From NCBI RefSeq assembly GCF_001194135.2, contig NC_068994.1:13143754-13194032 (forward strand): DNA of 50,279 bases. Direction: 5' to 3'. The DNA is from Octopus bimaculoides (Eukaryota). A program made the position numbers and the translations under genes. Of the stretch, positions 11,151 to 24,140 are shown piece by piece; position 1 is the first letter of the stretch, and every line of letters starts with the position of its first letter. The notes below the pieces were generated by a model. It was not told where the DNA came from. It saw only the letters and a list, made by a program, of their open reading frames with translations, and did no database searches.

Positions 11151-12654
11151 TATATATAATTTCTATGCATAAAAACGGTTGGGTATGATTTTAGCTGGAA
11201 CTTAGCTGCTATTTCTGGCAGGTTGAGTAATTGTATAGAGACTTAATCATTGCCTTATAAAATAGTTTATGATACACATTGGCCATCTTGTCTATAATCG
11301 GAACCAAAATCTAGATCAAATATGGCTTCTGGTTTGAAGCTGAACATACTTAGATTAATGAGTACTTATTCTCAACAGCTAAGGAGACTGAGGAAATGCA
11401 GAATAAAGTGTTATGCCCATAAGCACAATCAAGGAGAAGGTTATCCAATATCTTATCCACCTAAAGCATACTTAAAAATGTCTCTTAGGGGAAGGATGGT
11501 TGAGTACAAACCATTGATGATACAACAGATGGCTATATTCGTTTGGTCAAGTTTGTATTGCTTAGTCTCAAGTCAACCCTGATCGTACAAATGCATTGCT
11601 GTTGTTATCAACCTGCCTTTTTGTGCACAAGTGACTACATTTGTCCAAAGTATGATTTCAAGGGTGTGTGATTTGAGAGCAATCTGGCTGCTGTTTCTCA
11701 TTGGTTGTACAACAGACTAATAGCACCTTTGTTGACATATAATTGTGAATGTATGGAGCATGAAATTATATGAGACACACGATGGTCTCCTGTGTTTGTC
11801 TACATGTTCTATACTAACTGAATAATTCACACAAGAAGAACCTGCTTCATTCTACTCTTCTATGATGCATCATTTTGTTTTAAAGTGTTCTGAATTAAAA
11901 TCTGTCAAATTTTCAAATAGTTGGTGTCCTAAACACAATCTTAATAATGACAAAATTATTTTACTAACTTCGTTAATTTAAAATTTAATTGAAATAAAAG
12001 GCAATGTATTGCAACATCAGTTGGGTAAATATAAGGGTTAAATATTGATTTTTTGGTGGAGTCAGTTGACGAAAGAGGAAAAAATGTAGCCATTTCTGGT
12101 GTAATAACTATTACTTATTTTATTGACCCTGAGGGAATTAATAGCAAATTTAAAATTGAAACTGGTGTTTGGATCTAAACCCTGTAATGCATTTAGTTGT
12201 TCTTGAGCCCTGGTCACCTTTTGTTGAGCAGACTGATAATAAAAGGCATTCCATAACAATCCTGTCAGGTTTCCTGGCATTGAGTATCTGACTTCATGGT
12301 CCAATGTGTCTTTTTTTTTAACATGGTAGGGTGTGGTTTAAGTTGAGGCTTGAGATAAATTATAAGCTGATATCAATGATGAGACTCAAGCCCTTAAATT
12401 TTTGGAGGAATTAAAATACGATGGAGTGAGTTTCATTACTTGCCCCAAAATATTAGTGTAAAAAAGTGAGAGTCAAATAGACACGAAAAAGTACTGCCCT
12501 TATATTGCAGTTTTGACTTGCTTTTCATGAACGATTTCATGTGAATTATGGTTAGATGTCTTTTGCTTTCAGATTGTTAAACTCAAAAAGATAATTAACT
12601 CTTGCTTAAATACCTCCTGCTTTTTAGCAAGAAATGCTGAAAGAAATATTTCAT

Positions 12655-12830
12655 CGCCATCATCACCATCATTTTTTAATGTCCGTTTTTCAAGCTGGCA
12701 TGGGTTGGACGGTTTGACCAGAGCTGGCATGGGTTGGACGGTTTGACCAGGGCTGGCCAGCTGGAGGGCTGCACCAGGTTCCAGCCTGGTTTGGCTTGGT
12801 TTCTGTGTCTGGATGTCCTTCCTAATGAGA
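12655..12830 (-). mobile_element. RTE-like LINE/SINE 3' tail fragment with an internal 29-bp tandem duplication
   Basis: Reverse complement of the tail family at 23700-24140. AGCTGGCATGGGTTGGACGGTTTGACCAG occurs twice (12693-12721, 12722-12750). Confidence 0.75.
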
Positions 12831-15800
12831 TGAATTGTTGTTTTCATTTGAATAAGCACAAATACCTGTATACACATGGGTCATGGCCTTTAATGGTATT
12901 AATTGGCTTAAAATGGTGGGCAAATGGCTACAGCCAGGAACTGGACCTGAGTTGCAATCCTGACTGACTTTATTTTCACCACAAAATTCATTTAACTAGA
13001 TGTATAGATCTGTTTTGTTTAAAGGCAATAAGATGTTGTGATATTTGTGTTTTGTCCTGTGGCATTTATTTAATAAATGAAGTCACCTCATTGGGCATCT
13101 TAACTCATTTTGCTGCACACTCATGTAATCATTATGATTTTTGTTTTTAAATAGTTTAGTCAGGGGAGGAAGGGCACTGCCCATGGCTTCTGAGACTGGT
13201 GAAAGAGGAGGTCATCCTCAGACAGGAGACCTGGCCCAAACGCTCGCAACAGAGTGAAATCTGCTAAAGGGACTTGATAGCCAAGGGTTTGTGTTAAATT
13301 GGACAATGGATTGTGTCTACCACCCAAAATACCAGGCCAGAAGATAAATAAAATATTGATTGATTGATTTTCCTCAGGTGATGGTGATATAGAGGTAAGT
13401 GGGGAGTCCCATAAGCCATCAGGTTGTAGGGGCATTTTGTTTTCATCTAGTGTTTTAGGATAAGTCATCCTAGCTGAGCCCATTCCTAAATATCCTATAC
13501 CCCCGTAGGAGGATGTTAAATCTGCACTGCAAGTTAACAGAAATAAGAAAAACCTGATGCTTACAGCTGTGGGCTGTTTCACCTTGCTGTGGTAACTATT
13601 TAAGTACCGCAGCAAGGTGGACTGAGCTGTTATGAATTAATAATCTTGGCCACAGGTGAATTACATTAATTGCTGATAAGATATAAACAGCTAAACATTG
13701 GCTGTAATGAGCATCAATTTGAAACCAGAAAGACAGACGGGCTTTCTAGACATGCATCTTGTATCTCTAATTATCAGGCAATTGTTTTTGATTACACAAT
13801 AGGGCAGTCCCTACCATTCCATCTCCTCAAATTATATGCTGTAATATATTTCTGATTTACTGTTCCATTTAATTTGCATTATGTAAATTGTCATTCACTT
13901 AATACTAGTTTAATACACTATTCTAATTTCTGTATTTTTTACAGTATATCTCAATGATATTTTCTATGATATATAACTAATATCCTATACATCATTATGA
14001 TATTTTGATTTTTTTTTTTATAAGTTAGTCAAAGGAAAAAAGAGACAGTGCCCACCACCTTTGCAAACTCTCACAGACTGGTGACATGATGTATTGCTAT
14101 GATAATTCACGTTATATATCCAACTGTACAGTTTTTCAAATATACTACCATAGCAAAATGTGGAAATTTATATAATGAGATGTGTGATTTTGTGTTTTGA
14201 AAATCACTTCTTTAAACTATGTTCTATGCACAAATGGAAGAATTTAATGTTTAATGTGTCTTTATTAAGCGTGTATCTTCAAAATATTCTGTAGTATCTC
14301 TTTTTATCCCTCCCTTTTTTTCCTTTTTGTATATGTTTATGAACATGTTGTATATACTGTAATTTAAAGATGACATTTTATTTTATGAAATTATTATATT
14401 ATTATTCATGCCTCACGCATTTATTATAAATGGACTCATTCCTTCCTGCTTATTCCCATTGAATAACCACCAACTTAATGAATCCTTCCATATATATTCA
14501 TACTAGTATTATTAATCAAATCTCTTCTCTTCTGGAACCTTCTATATGTATTGCAAAACTGAACAAAAACATTTTTTTTAATGATGATATTCTGCAGTAA
14601 AGAACTAACAGTTTAGTGATATTCTCATGCTGACATGTCACTAAATACAGAAAACAGAAATACTGGTTTGCATTGACATTTTATTTTATACTCGAATTCC
14701 TGCAGAAAAGAAAAAAAGAAAAAGAAAGAAAAATTGGATTTGTTATCTTCTGCTTTGAAAATATTTCAAAACTGCTGATTGCCAAAAAAAAAAAAAAATG
14801 AAAAAATGTAATTATTACCCGATGGTTTCATGCATGGCACCATGAGCAAGTCTCCCACTACTGTCTCTGGTTGACCAATATCTTGTGGAGAAGCCTGTCA
14901 TAGATGTATGTGTTTGTGTCCTTGTCTGTGATTACGTTTACATTGGTTTGAAAACTGGTGCTGTTGTCTGTTTGTGTTTTTTTTTTTTTTATTACTGTAA
15001 TTTTGCGGTTTGACAATTAGAGTTTGATAAAATAAGTACCAAGGGTTAATATGAATAATTAAACCCTCCAAGTTAGCAAGCAGCACAAACTATATCCACA
15101 ATCTATGGATAGTTCATGGTGACTGCTGCCACCTTAAAATACAATATAAAAGATGGAATGCTTTTGATAAATTACCTTTTTTTATAAGGTGCAACAAACA
15201 AACCAAAGATCTTGTCTTACTGTTGATTAGCACCCAGTTCACTCTTGATGAAGTGCACCAGTGATCTGAAACATTCCAACCACGATCATTCCATCTGTCT
15301 AGGGTTAATTCAGGATCATATTTTCTAATGTATCCATTCAGCTTTTTTTTTTTTTGTCTTTTTAAGACGGTGGAATGTAGTTTGGGACGAATTTAATTTC
15401 TAAACAAGTCAAATGTCCCCATTGACTTGCTAATGCTTTTTTTTTTTATTTGTTTAATGGTGGGTGTATGCTAAGTGTCACTGAAAAACCATTGGTAATT
15501 TGTTGAAATAGAGACACTTAATAACTTGACACCATCTGATCCTTTTATTAAAATCTGCTTATTGGTACTGGGGAATCTAAGGGGAACATGGAAATAGAAA
15601 TTTCCTATTCAGTAAAATAATCGTCAATTCACAGAGAAGGAAATGTGGTTGTGTGAAATCTATACCTTTCTCAATGGCATTAGTGGCAAAAGTGAATTTA
15701 CTTCAGATTGGAATTGAATTTGGTTTAACATTTGCTCTATAGCATTTGCTGTTTAAACTATTTCTGTGTTATTCACCCTCTAGTCTTCATCTCAAAATTT

Positions 15801-16329
15801 CATTCACTTACAACTAAATTCACTTTAAAAAGGAATTGAATTTGGTCCTTTTGATTCAGTTCACCAGCAGCTTAACTCTTGTGCTATAGCAGTGCTTCTT
15901 AAACTATTTTTGTGTCATTCATGTATGAGTCTTTAATCATGAAATTTCATTCACCCACAACTAAATTTTCTCATGTTTTTTTTTCTTTTTAGTAATTTTC
16001 ATCTTACTCCATTGTATAATTTTTTAATTATAATTGATTTTGTCACAAAAACAAATTAATTCATCTTAAGTTTAATTATTCAACTTCTTGGGCATCCTAA
16101 AATGTATAAAGAAAATTCATCAGTGATAAAAATCTAAGGATGGAAAAATTATGAAAATTTTTTTCTACTTTATATAAAATTAGTAATCAACAATTTTAGA
16201 ACGTAGAATTAGATTCTTAGAAACAATGCTTTTTTTTTTTCCTTCTTGTGTATGCTTATCAGAAATAAATGACAAGCAGTTGACTTATACCCAGACTTAC
16301 ATGTATATTTTTTATCACTAATAACTAGG

Positions 16330-17570
16330 ATATTCCTGTATTCTGCTACCAAGCTTCTCTGAGATTGTTTCTTTTTCAAAGCAACTCACATTATTGGATC
16401 AACAGCCTGAAATGAATTCTGTTCTCTCTCTCTTTTTTGCAATCTTACCAATGTTGAAAACCCTCATTCAGCAGGAAAAAAATTGCCATTATTGCTAGTG
16501 GTGGAGGACCTTCAAGTCAATTGATGTGTATTAAAGGGAAAGCAAGTAATCCAACAGCTGATAGTCTTCACAGTAAGAGCACATCTCAGAAGATGATTTA
16601 TGACTGAAGTTGTACTGAAACTCCATCAACACTTCTAATATTTTCACCAAATCTGCTACTTAATATTGGTGATAAATGGATCTGATTTCTTCAAGTCCTG
16701 CTGATAACCAAAAATGCTATCCCTCAGTGTTTTCTCCAGATCAGTGTGTTTTTCTTTCCCACTTATTCTCTTTGAAAAACTTTAAAATGCGGGAAATTAC
16801 CTTCTGAACATTGCTATGGCATATGCTTAATTTTCAAGGTATCTTCTCCTTTCCCAAGGGCATCAAAGTTGTTACCTTTTTTTACCTTGAAGTGAGAAGT
16901 GAACTGATTCAAAAAGCAGAAGTCATATAACAGTTTGGTCAGCAAAAAAAAAGAAATCATCATTGTGAAACCTCGCCTTCTTGTTACCTTGCTTAGTAAA
17001 ATATACAAGCATTTCATTTTATCAAGGACTCTTCCATGTAACAACCACTGAACTTCAGAATGCAAGAGAAAAATCTTGATCTGTGGAGATATTCTCTTTA
17101 TAGTTTTGAAAACAGTTGAAATTCTTTTGCTTGTAGGGGAATAATAGAATTGACTATTTTCACCACATTTTGCAACAGTGTTTTCAATTTCTGGCCATAG
17201 CTACAAATGCCCAATTTCTTGACAGCTGATGTTTACAGGTGTAAGCAACAGTGTACAGTGGGACAATTCTGGGATTTTTCTTTGATCTTTCATAACAGGA
17301 TTTCTGTTCTGATGGTGTTCCATTAATTTGTGTTGCACCTATCTTTTCAGATAACCAATATCCAATATAACAAATCACAACTTGGTTGTGTCTGTTGTGC
17401 AGTTTCCAAATACTATGGCATGTATTATGGGAAAGCACATCATTTGTACTTTAGTTTTGTGGGGTAAAAATATTTTCCCCATTCTTTATAGACTCAATAA
17501 TTACACATGTTCTTGTTGGTAACATGATAAATAAAATGTCAGTGGATTTTACAAAGCATCTGGTGCTGAA
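16330..17570 (-). pseudogene. Fossil hAT (Buster/Charlie; ZBED5/GTF2IRD2-like) transposase, copy C: catalytic core to C-terminal dimerisation domain
   Basis: Motifs are collinear with family-typical spacing: STDI (17535-46, ~DESTD), NGENIF (17466-83, ~TGEDIF), INGTPS (~17320, ~TDGAPS), CKHQ (~17230, ~CxxH), HSEVQWL (17042-62, ~HTEVRWL), LLYDFCFL, GFSTLV (16446-63), M*VAL (16377-91). Many stops and frameshifts. Confidence 0.75.
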
Positions 17571-17619
17571 GTCTCTTAATCTATGATCCTTTGTGTGCAG
17601 GTCACATTATGGACTTTTG

Positions 17620-18840
17620 TGATATCTAGAACACGAATAAAGTGAAACATAGAAATGAACACTCATAAGATACCAGTTTTGTTAATATTTTCATTGATTT
17701 TTCAACATATGATGAAGTAAAACCTGATAAGAAGTTTAAGCCATATTCCCTATTGATGAATGAATGACATAATCTCTGGTGCTGTTTTTGATAAGAATTA
17801 GCCTGAATCAACACACTGAATTCTGTTTGTTTTATATAGTAATAAAGGAGTTCGATTCAAGACAATGATAGCATATTTAGATTCTGAGGATGTGCTGATG
17901 ACACTGAATATAAAATGAACTCAAGTCATAAAAAGGATTCTTGACTTTGTACAATATGTATCATTAGTCTTTCGTTTCTGTTATCCTGGACAACATGCTT
18001 CTGACTAACAAAATAAAATATTTTTGGACTTTAAGCATTTGTGAAATCCTAGAGATGCCTGTTCCAGAATGTCCAATCTCCTTTGCAACCACAGTAAACT
18101 CACTTTTGGTTTCTACGAGTTCATTGATGAATCTTGTCTCATTGTTCTTTGTATAATTGTTAAGAGGAAACCACCAGTGCTTGTTGGATGACATTCTCTT
18201 TTTCTTCACTGCTGTACCAAACAGGTCACTGAATATATGAAACTTTTACAGCTTCTATGACTAGCACTCACTGCTACTCGGAGCACTAAGTAACAAGTGA
18301 TTAATCTGTGGAATTCTTACCAAATATTGTCTAATTGGCATTCGGTTACAGTAGTATTGTTTGCTATTGTTGAGTCATCATGGCTGTTGCATCATCTGTT
18401 GTCACGGCAATACACTTGCTCTGAGAAAAATCTTCATTTCCTATGAATTCATGAAGCTTAGATAAAATAAATTCATCTATGATTTTGTCTCTGACTTACA
18501 AGCAAAATTGAGAACTTTTGACAATTTTGCCCAAGCTTTGGTTCGGGAAACAACTACACTCAATAACTTGGGCATCATTCTTAAAAACTGCAGAGCAAAA
18601 AATGGTGCTTCCAACAATTCCGTCATCATCTAATACTCCAGGTCTTCTCTTCAGCAATCAAACAGTCATGAAAGCTACTTCTTTCTTTTGGAATGTTGAG
18701 TCACTATTTTGGTGGTGACTTTGGCAGCCATGGTGTCAGGATTTGAGAGTGAAGCAGGGAAGATGGAATGAGATAAGTAAGATTGCAGGACAAATGGGAT
18801 TATTTGTCTGACTGTATGTTTGGTTATCTTCAGTCTTGGT
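17620..18840 (-). pseudogene. Fossil hAT (Buster-like) transposase, copy B, internally deleted
   Basis: KITKHTV (~18820, ~KPHT), EAPFFALQ (18588-611, ~YFALQLDE), KLHEFIGNEDFSQSKCIAVTTDDATAM (KCIA..TAM at 18379-417, ~WSKCVGICTDGARAM), VIEAVKV (~18250). Confidence 0.65.
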
Positions 18841-18869
18841 CTTGAGAGAATTAACCTGAGCCTTCAAGT

Positions 18870-19580
18870 CATTGATCTTAGATCAGTTGTTCCCGCATGT
18901 AGGGGACAAGATCCAACTAGGATCTTTTCAAGTAGTTCTTTGCTGCCACAAGAGTTGCTGTGATTCTTATGGACATTTATGATCAATTTCATTTCTTCTT
19001 TGTTTAGTTGACTGTCAGTAAAATTGTCTATTCCTGAGGCATAAGTGATGCAAACTCATCCAGAGTTTTGTTGCAGTAAAGGCAGTTATTAGCAGATCTG
19101 ATTCTATCTTTGATGTTTAAATTTTGTTGTCAGTTGTAGACCCCTGAATATTTTCCGTGATTAATGTCCTCATTCTTTTGTCATTGGATAAAAGAATTTA
19201 CACTACTTTATCTCCTTTCTTTCCTCCATGGTTAGCAATGATTTACTTACACGGTTTCACACCTTTATCAGCCTCTGTGTATGGATTATTTTTATCTTTC
19301 ATGACTACATAGTCTATTTCAAGAAAGAGGCAAAGTAAGGCCATTTTTAATCATTGATTCCTTCTTCACCAGTGAATGGAAGAAATTTTGCTACTTTCAC
19401 AAATATGAGGGTTTTTGAAAAACTTTACTTGCTTTGATTATTGCAGGTTGTTTTTTGTCTTTGGGTCTAATTTTGAAGGTGCTAGGTACTGACTGGTTGC
19501 ATCAAGCTGAAAGAATATGGCTTGTTTGGTTCTTTTGAGAAAGTCAAAAATTCACACTTGCTATTCTCTGTTCCAATTTT
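18870..19580 (-). pseudogene. Fossil hAT (Buster-like) transposase N-terminal half, copy A
   Basis: LAPSKL (19468-85, typical of the Buster N-terminus), KNNPYTEADKGVKPC (~19250-95), LLSND (~19190), TLDEF (~19050), CPLHAGTT (~18890). Confidence 0.5.
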
Positions 19581-20599
19581 CTTGAATTTTGAGAAGGAGG
19601 TACTTTGGTTCTTGTATTTCTTTTTCTGTTTAAGTTTTCCCTTGTTCATATCATTAACAGAGTCATCACCTGTATCAGATAACTGCATTGTTTACCTTGT
19701 TATCTGCAGTTTCTTTATCTTTCATGAGAGACATGTCTCCTAAACATATCCTCTCCTGACTGCTGTTTGTTGTTTCACTTTCTTTCATTACTGATCTGTT
19801 TCCTTTTACTCGTTCTTCCTTTACAGCTGGTTTCTATAGATACTTCAACAAAGACATTGTTTTAATCTGCCAGCAAGAAAAATGGTAAAAGATCATCCCC
19901 AGCAAATTCAAGTCTGTATAGAAGTGTTTAAGAAATCTTCAAAAATATATGGTCAGCTGGTATGAATTCTGCAAATAAGCGAATACAGAGGTGATAATGA
20001 ACAACAATGCTGGCATTTTTTTTTTAATGCATCTCTTACCCTTGAAATTTGACTATATTAAAATATTTCTAAAGAGTATCACTTTGTGACACTATTTGAA
20101 GTAATTACAAATCCAATAAATCAACAACTATGCCACGGAGCAAGTGAAATAATGGATATGGATTTTATAGCTGGATACACCGACCTTAATGTTAGAAAAT
20201 AATGATCCATGTGCTGTTTCCATGCTATCCTGGCTTTGTCTCCAGCAGTAGTGGTTTATTAAATCAAAATTCAGAAAATACTGAAGTTGATTACAGTAGC
20301 AAATGCAGAATATTACCACAAGAAAATGGCATAGTCTACCTTCAGATTACTTAAAAAAATGGAACTCAAGTCTCCTGAGTGTAGACAGAATTCATTCTTG
20401 ATTAATACATACATATCAAGTCCAACCCATGCCAGCATAGAGTACAGAAGCTAAATGATGATCATGATGATAAATATATAAAATTATGCTTCTGGCATTA
20501 AAGTAGATGAAGTCACAGGTTAAGTATAGCAAAAGAAAAAAAATATTGTCTGAGTAAATTGTCATTCATCATTCATTCATCTTACTTTCATCCATTCTT

Positions 20600-22780
20600 G
20601 AGTGAACTATTCTCCAGTTTAAGAAGCATTGCTCCATGGCATTTACCGTAAATTGTAAAAATATTTACCCCTTCAAGAGTATATCTGGTAAGCTGTCTTG
20701 TCCAAATTTTGTGAGTAATAAATCTTAAATATTTTTTCTTTAAAATTATCTCAGTGAAATTTTCACGATAAATATTAAAAATCATATCATTGAACTTTTT
20801 GATAATTTTTTTCTGTCCAAAGATGTTCAATTTTGGCTATAAGAAATGATTGTTTCACAATCTTTTTCCTCTTCAATAAAAACTTTCATTAAATTTGTGA
20901 ACCTTTTCATGTTATATCAATGAAAATTTTCCTATGACAGTTTTACTATGAAAATTAAACTGAACAGGTTTTTCTATCCTTTGAATGTATTTATTTTTGT
21001 CTCTCTGCCAAATTTCTGTCAAAAGTATTTAGTGCAAATATTACAGTCAGCACTCTTGTATGTCATTGAGTATAATTACTTTGCACCACAAACCATACAT
21101 TAATGTACTCTTGCTGTATGAGTTGTAGGTGCTGAAGTAAAATTTCTGTCGAATAAGTCTTTCATAACGCATCGTCGTTTATGAAGTAGAAAGCAAGAAT
21201 TCACAGACAGATAATAATTCCTCATATTACACAGTGATACAGATTCATCCTACAAATATGTGTGAGGATTACAAATTCAATGTCTTCAAGGATTTACCAT
21301 ATAGTTCACAGTGATAAGATTTTTCTGTAATGTGAATTCTCATGTTTCTTTAAATGACCATTACTGGCAAAATATTTTCCACAAATTTCACAGTGGTAGG
21401 GATTTTCTTGAATGCAGACACATTTAGGATTCACAAGTGTTGAATATTCAGAGAAGGTTTCCCACAAATTTCACAATGATGGGGCTTTCCTCCAATGTGT
21501 ACCATAATGTTTTTTTTATTTTCCTGAAGTACCGCTGTTTAGAGAGATTTAAAATATTTTTAAAAAATTGAATTTTTCACAAACCTCACTGCAGCAACAA
21601 TGAATTTCTCTGTGTAAAGTGAATGGTTTTTGTTTAGATAATGTTTTACCACACATTCCACAGTGTTGTTGCTTTTTAGAGCCTGCAAGGGTCATAGGCA
21701 CTACCTGGCTTCTCTGACGAAGTTATAAAAACAGGAACCCAACCAAAATGAACCTTATGTCTGTCTACCTAATATGACATTTTGGTGTAGCATTTCTTAC
21801 AAGTTTACATGAATATACAATATGTACTGATTTTGTTGAAATGAACCATATGTCTGTTTTTATTATCTGTCTACCTAGTATGACATTTTGGTGTGGCATT
21901 TCTTACAACTTTACAAGAATATATCTTTGAAATGAACCTTATGTCTACCTAATATAACATTTTGGTGTAGCATTTTTCACACGTTTACAAGAATATTTAG
22001 TTGAAATGAACCTTATGTCTGTTTTTATTATCTGTCTACCTAATATGACATTTTGGTGTAGCATTTCTTACTACTTTACATGAATATTTCTTTGAAAACT
22101 CTTAAAAATTTATCTGGTTAATGTAAGGCATATTCCTGACATGTCTTTGTGACATTAACCAAAAAACCCCACAAAAAGTAGCAAAATTATTTTCCACAAA
22201 TATCACAGTAATAAGGTTTTTCACTGGCTCTGTGGCTCAAATGTGAATTGTTGAAGCAAAATTTTAAACTCATGACTACCCAAAATTTGGCACAGATAAA
22301 TGTTCCTTTTATTTAGAGTGCAAATACTTTTGGACAGAAAGAGAGAGATTTTTGTAGTTCATATTTTCATCGAGAAATCTTACTCGAGTTAATTGTTTTA
22401 CTGTTGTGTAGCATCAACCTCTTTTGAGTCAGTACAATTGTCCAGAAATATCACAGCAGTAAGATTTTGTTGCTCTGTGTATCTCTGATTAATGAAGGCT
22501 ACTCAGCCATCAATAACAGTTTCTGTACTCTATACTCGTTTATCTACTACAAGTTTTAAAATTATCAAAGAATGATTTTCCACCTGTTTCAAGTGGACAG
22601 TTCTCAGAGAATGAAATCCTACATGGTTTTCACAATGACTGTTAAATGATTTTTTTTTTTTTTCATTTATTTAAAACCTGATTTTTTTTTGTTTTTTTTT
22701 CTCTCCATTGTGTATACGTTTGTGGATTACAAGGTTAGAATTCACATAGAAATATTTGCCACATATTTCACAGCATTTAT
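20600..22780 (-). pseudogene. Decayed C2H2 zinc-finger array (third ZNF paralogue)
   Basis: Three intact C-x2-C-x12-H-x3-H fingers: CEICGKYFYVNSNLVIHKRIH-NGEK (22772-22710), CGMCGKTLSKQKPFTLHREIH (21662-21600), CEICGKYFASNGHLKKHENSH (21392-21330). Many broken fingers are also present (EKPYYCDICGK*, GKPHHCEICGK, YHCVI*G, CMVCG, CNICTKYF), with stops, frameshifts and poly-A slippage. Confidence 0.9.
21746..22098. repeat. Four-unit ~75-95 bp tandem repeat inside the ZNF pseudogene
   Basis: AAATGAACC(T/A)TATGTCT...ACCTA(A/G)TAT(G/A)ACATTTTGGTGT(A/G)GCATT starts at ~21746, 21838, 21929 and 22003. Units 2 and 4 carry an extra internal segment. Confidence 0.9.
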
Positions 22781-23186
22781 TAATGTTATTTTTTGTTCTT
22801 TACATAAAAATAAAGAATATAAAGCATTGTATTGAAAACTTATTTGTTATTTATAGTTAATCGTTTGTTTGTCCTTCTCTTCCCACCTCTGGTTACTTCT
22901 CCCACCTTCAAAAAGAAAGCATGAAATGATTTTTATTTTCTTTTTAAAATATATATCGATTGATAACATACACTATGCATTCAAAAGAACTAATAAATAT
23001 TAAAGAATTGATTGTTTTTTTCATTCTCTTTTTTTTTTCCTCACATCATTTCTTTCTTCCAAATATGGATGCAGAGGTAAGATGTTTACTTCACAGTATA
23101 CCATCATAAGCTTCGGGTTGAACTAAGCCTTGTGAATAAAATTTTGGATATGGAAACTATATATATATATACATGCATGATGATGA

Positions 23187-23221
<35 letters not shown>

Positions 23222-23456
23222 ATATATATATATATNNNNNNNNNNNNNNNNNNNNNNNNNNNNNNNNNNNNNNNNNNNNNNNNNNNNNNNNNNNNNNNNN
23301 NNNNNNNNNNNNNNNNNNNNNNNNNNNNNNNNNNNATTTTTGAATAAAGGAAAATGGGTAGTGGTGGTGGGTAGGTACCGCCAGGACCGCAGCCAATTGG
23401 CTGAAACACATAAATAAATAAAATAAATAAATATATATACATACATACATATATAT

Positions 23457-23687
23457 ATGACTAAAGAAAATTGTGACGGTACAGATGACGCAAGAAATGA
23501 AGTTTTATATTGGATCAAACACCAGTGGAAAGACATGCTTCATCAGATACAATCCCAGAATGCTGACAAAGAGACAATCCGGTCTGTCATCAAAAGCTTT
23601 GAGAGCAAACACAAACTTGATATGCAGTTAATTAATGCCTGTATTCCAGACCAACTGCTTCAGGTGAAAGAGCAAGAAATTCAAGAG
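23457..23687 (+). CDS. Putative orphan coding exon, unknown protein
   Basis: 77 open codons of helical, non-repetitive composition (MTKENCDG...KEQEIQE), ending at a consensus donor GAG|GTAAGC (23687/23688). No family recognised. Confidence 0.35.
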
Positions 23688-23699
23688 GTAAGCATATAG

Positions 23700-24140
23700 A
23701 TATATATCCTACGTCGTCTCCTTCATTGGACATGAAACTCGGCTTGCGAAGACCTATTGGGGCAAGCGAAAGCGAAATCGTGATGGCACCTGTGCCCAGA
23801 GTCGCCTTCCTGGCACTTGTGCCGGTGTCACGTGTAAAGACATTCAAGCGAGATTGTTGTCAGTGCTACTGGACTAGCTCCTGTGCAGGTGGCACGTAAA
23901 ATACACCATTTTGAGCATGGCTGTTGCCAGTACCGCCTGACTGGCCTTCGTGCCGGTGGCACATAAAAGCACCCACTACACTCTCGGAGTGGTTGGTGTT
24001 AGGAAGGGCATCCAGCTGTAGAAACTCTGCCAAATCAGATTGGAGCCTGGTGTAGCCATCTGGTTCACCAGTCCTCAGTCAAATTGTCCAACCCATGCTA
24101 GCATGGAAAGCGGACGTTAAACGATGATGATGATGATGAT
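23700..24140 (+). mobile_element. RTE-like LINE/SINE 3' element with (GAT)n tail
   Basis: Internal repeated GTGCCGGTGGCACGTAAAA motifs, then 'aggaagggcatccagctgtagaaactctgcc...gtccaacccatgctagcatggaaagcggacgttaaac(gat)n'. A sister copy lies at 24770-25079. Confidence 0.8.

Noticed and set aside
23345-23410. Minus-strand FQPIGCGPGGTYPPP reading after a TTTCAG acceptor-like site
   Set aside because: It matches the degenerate terminus (TTTCAGTCATTGGACTGCGGCCATGCTGG-like) of the SINE family seen at 32430 and 41771.
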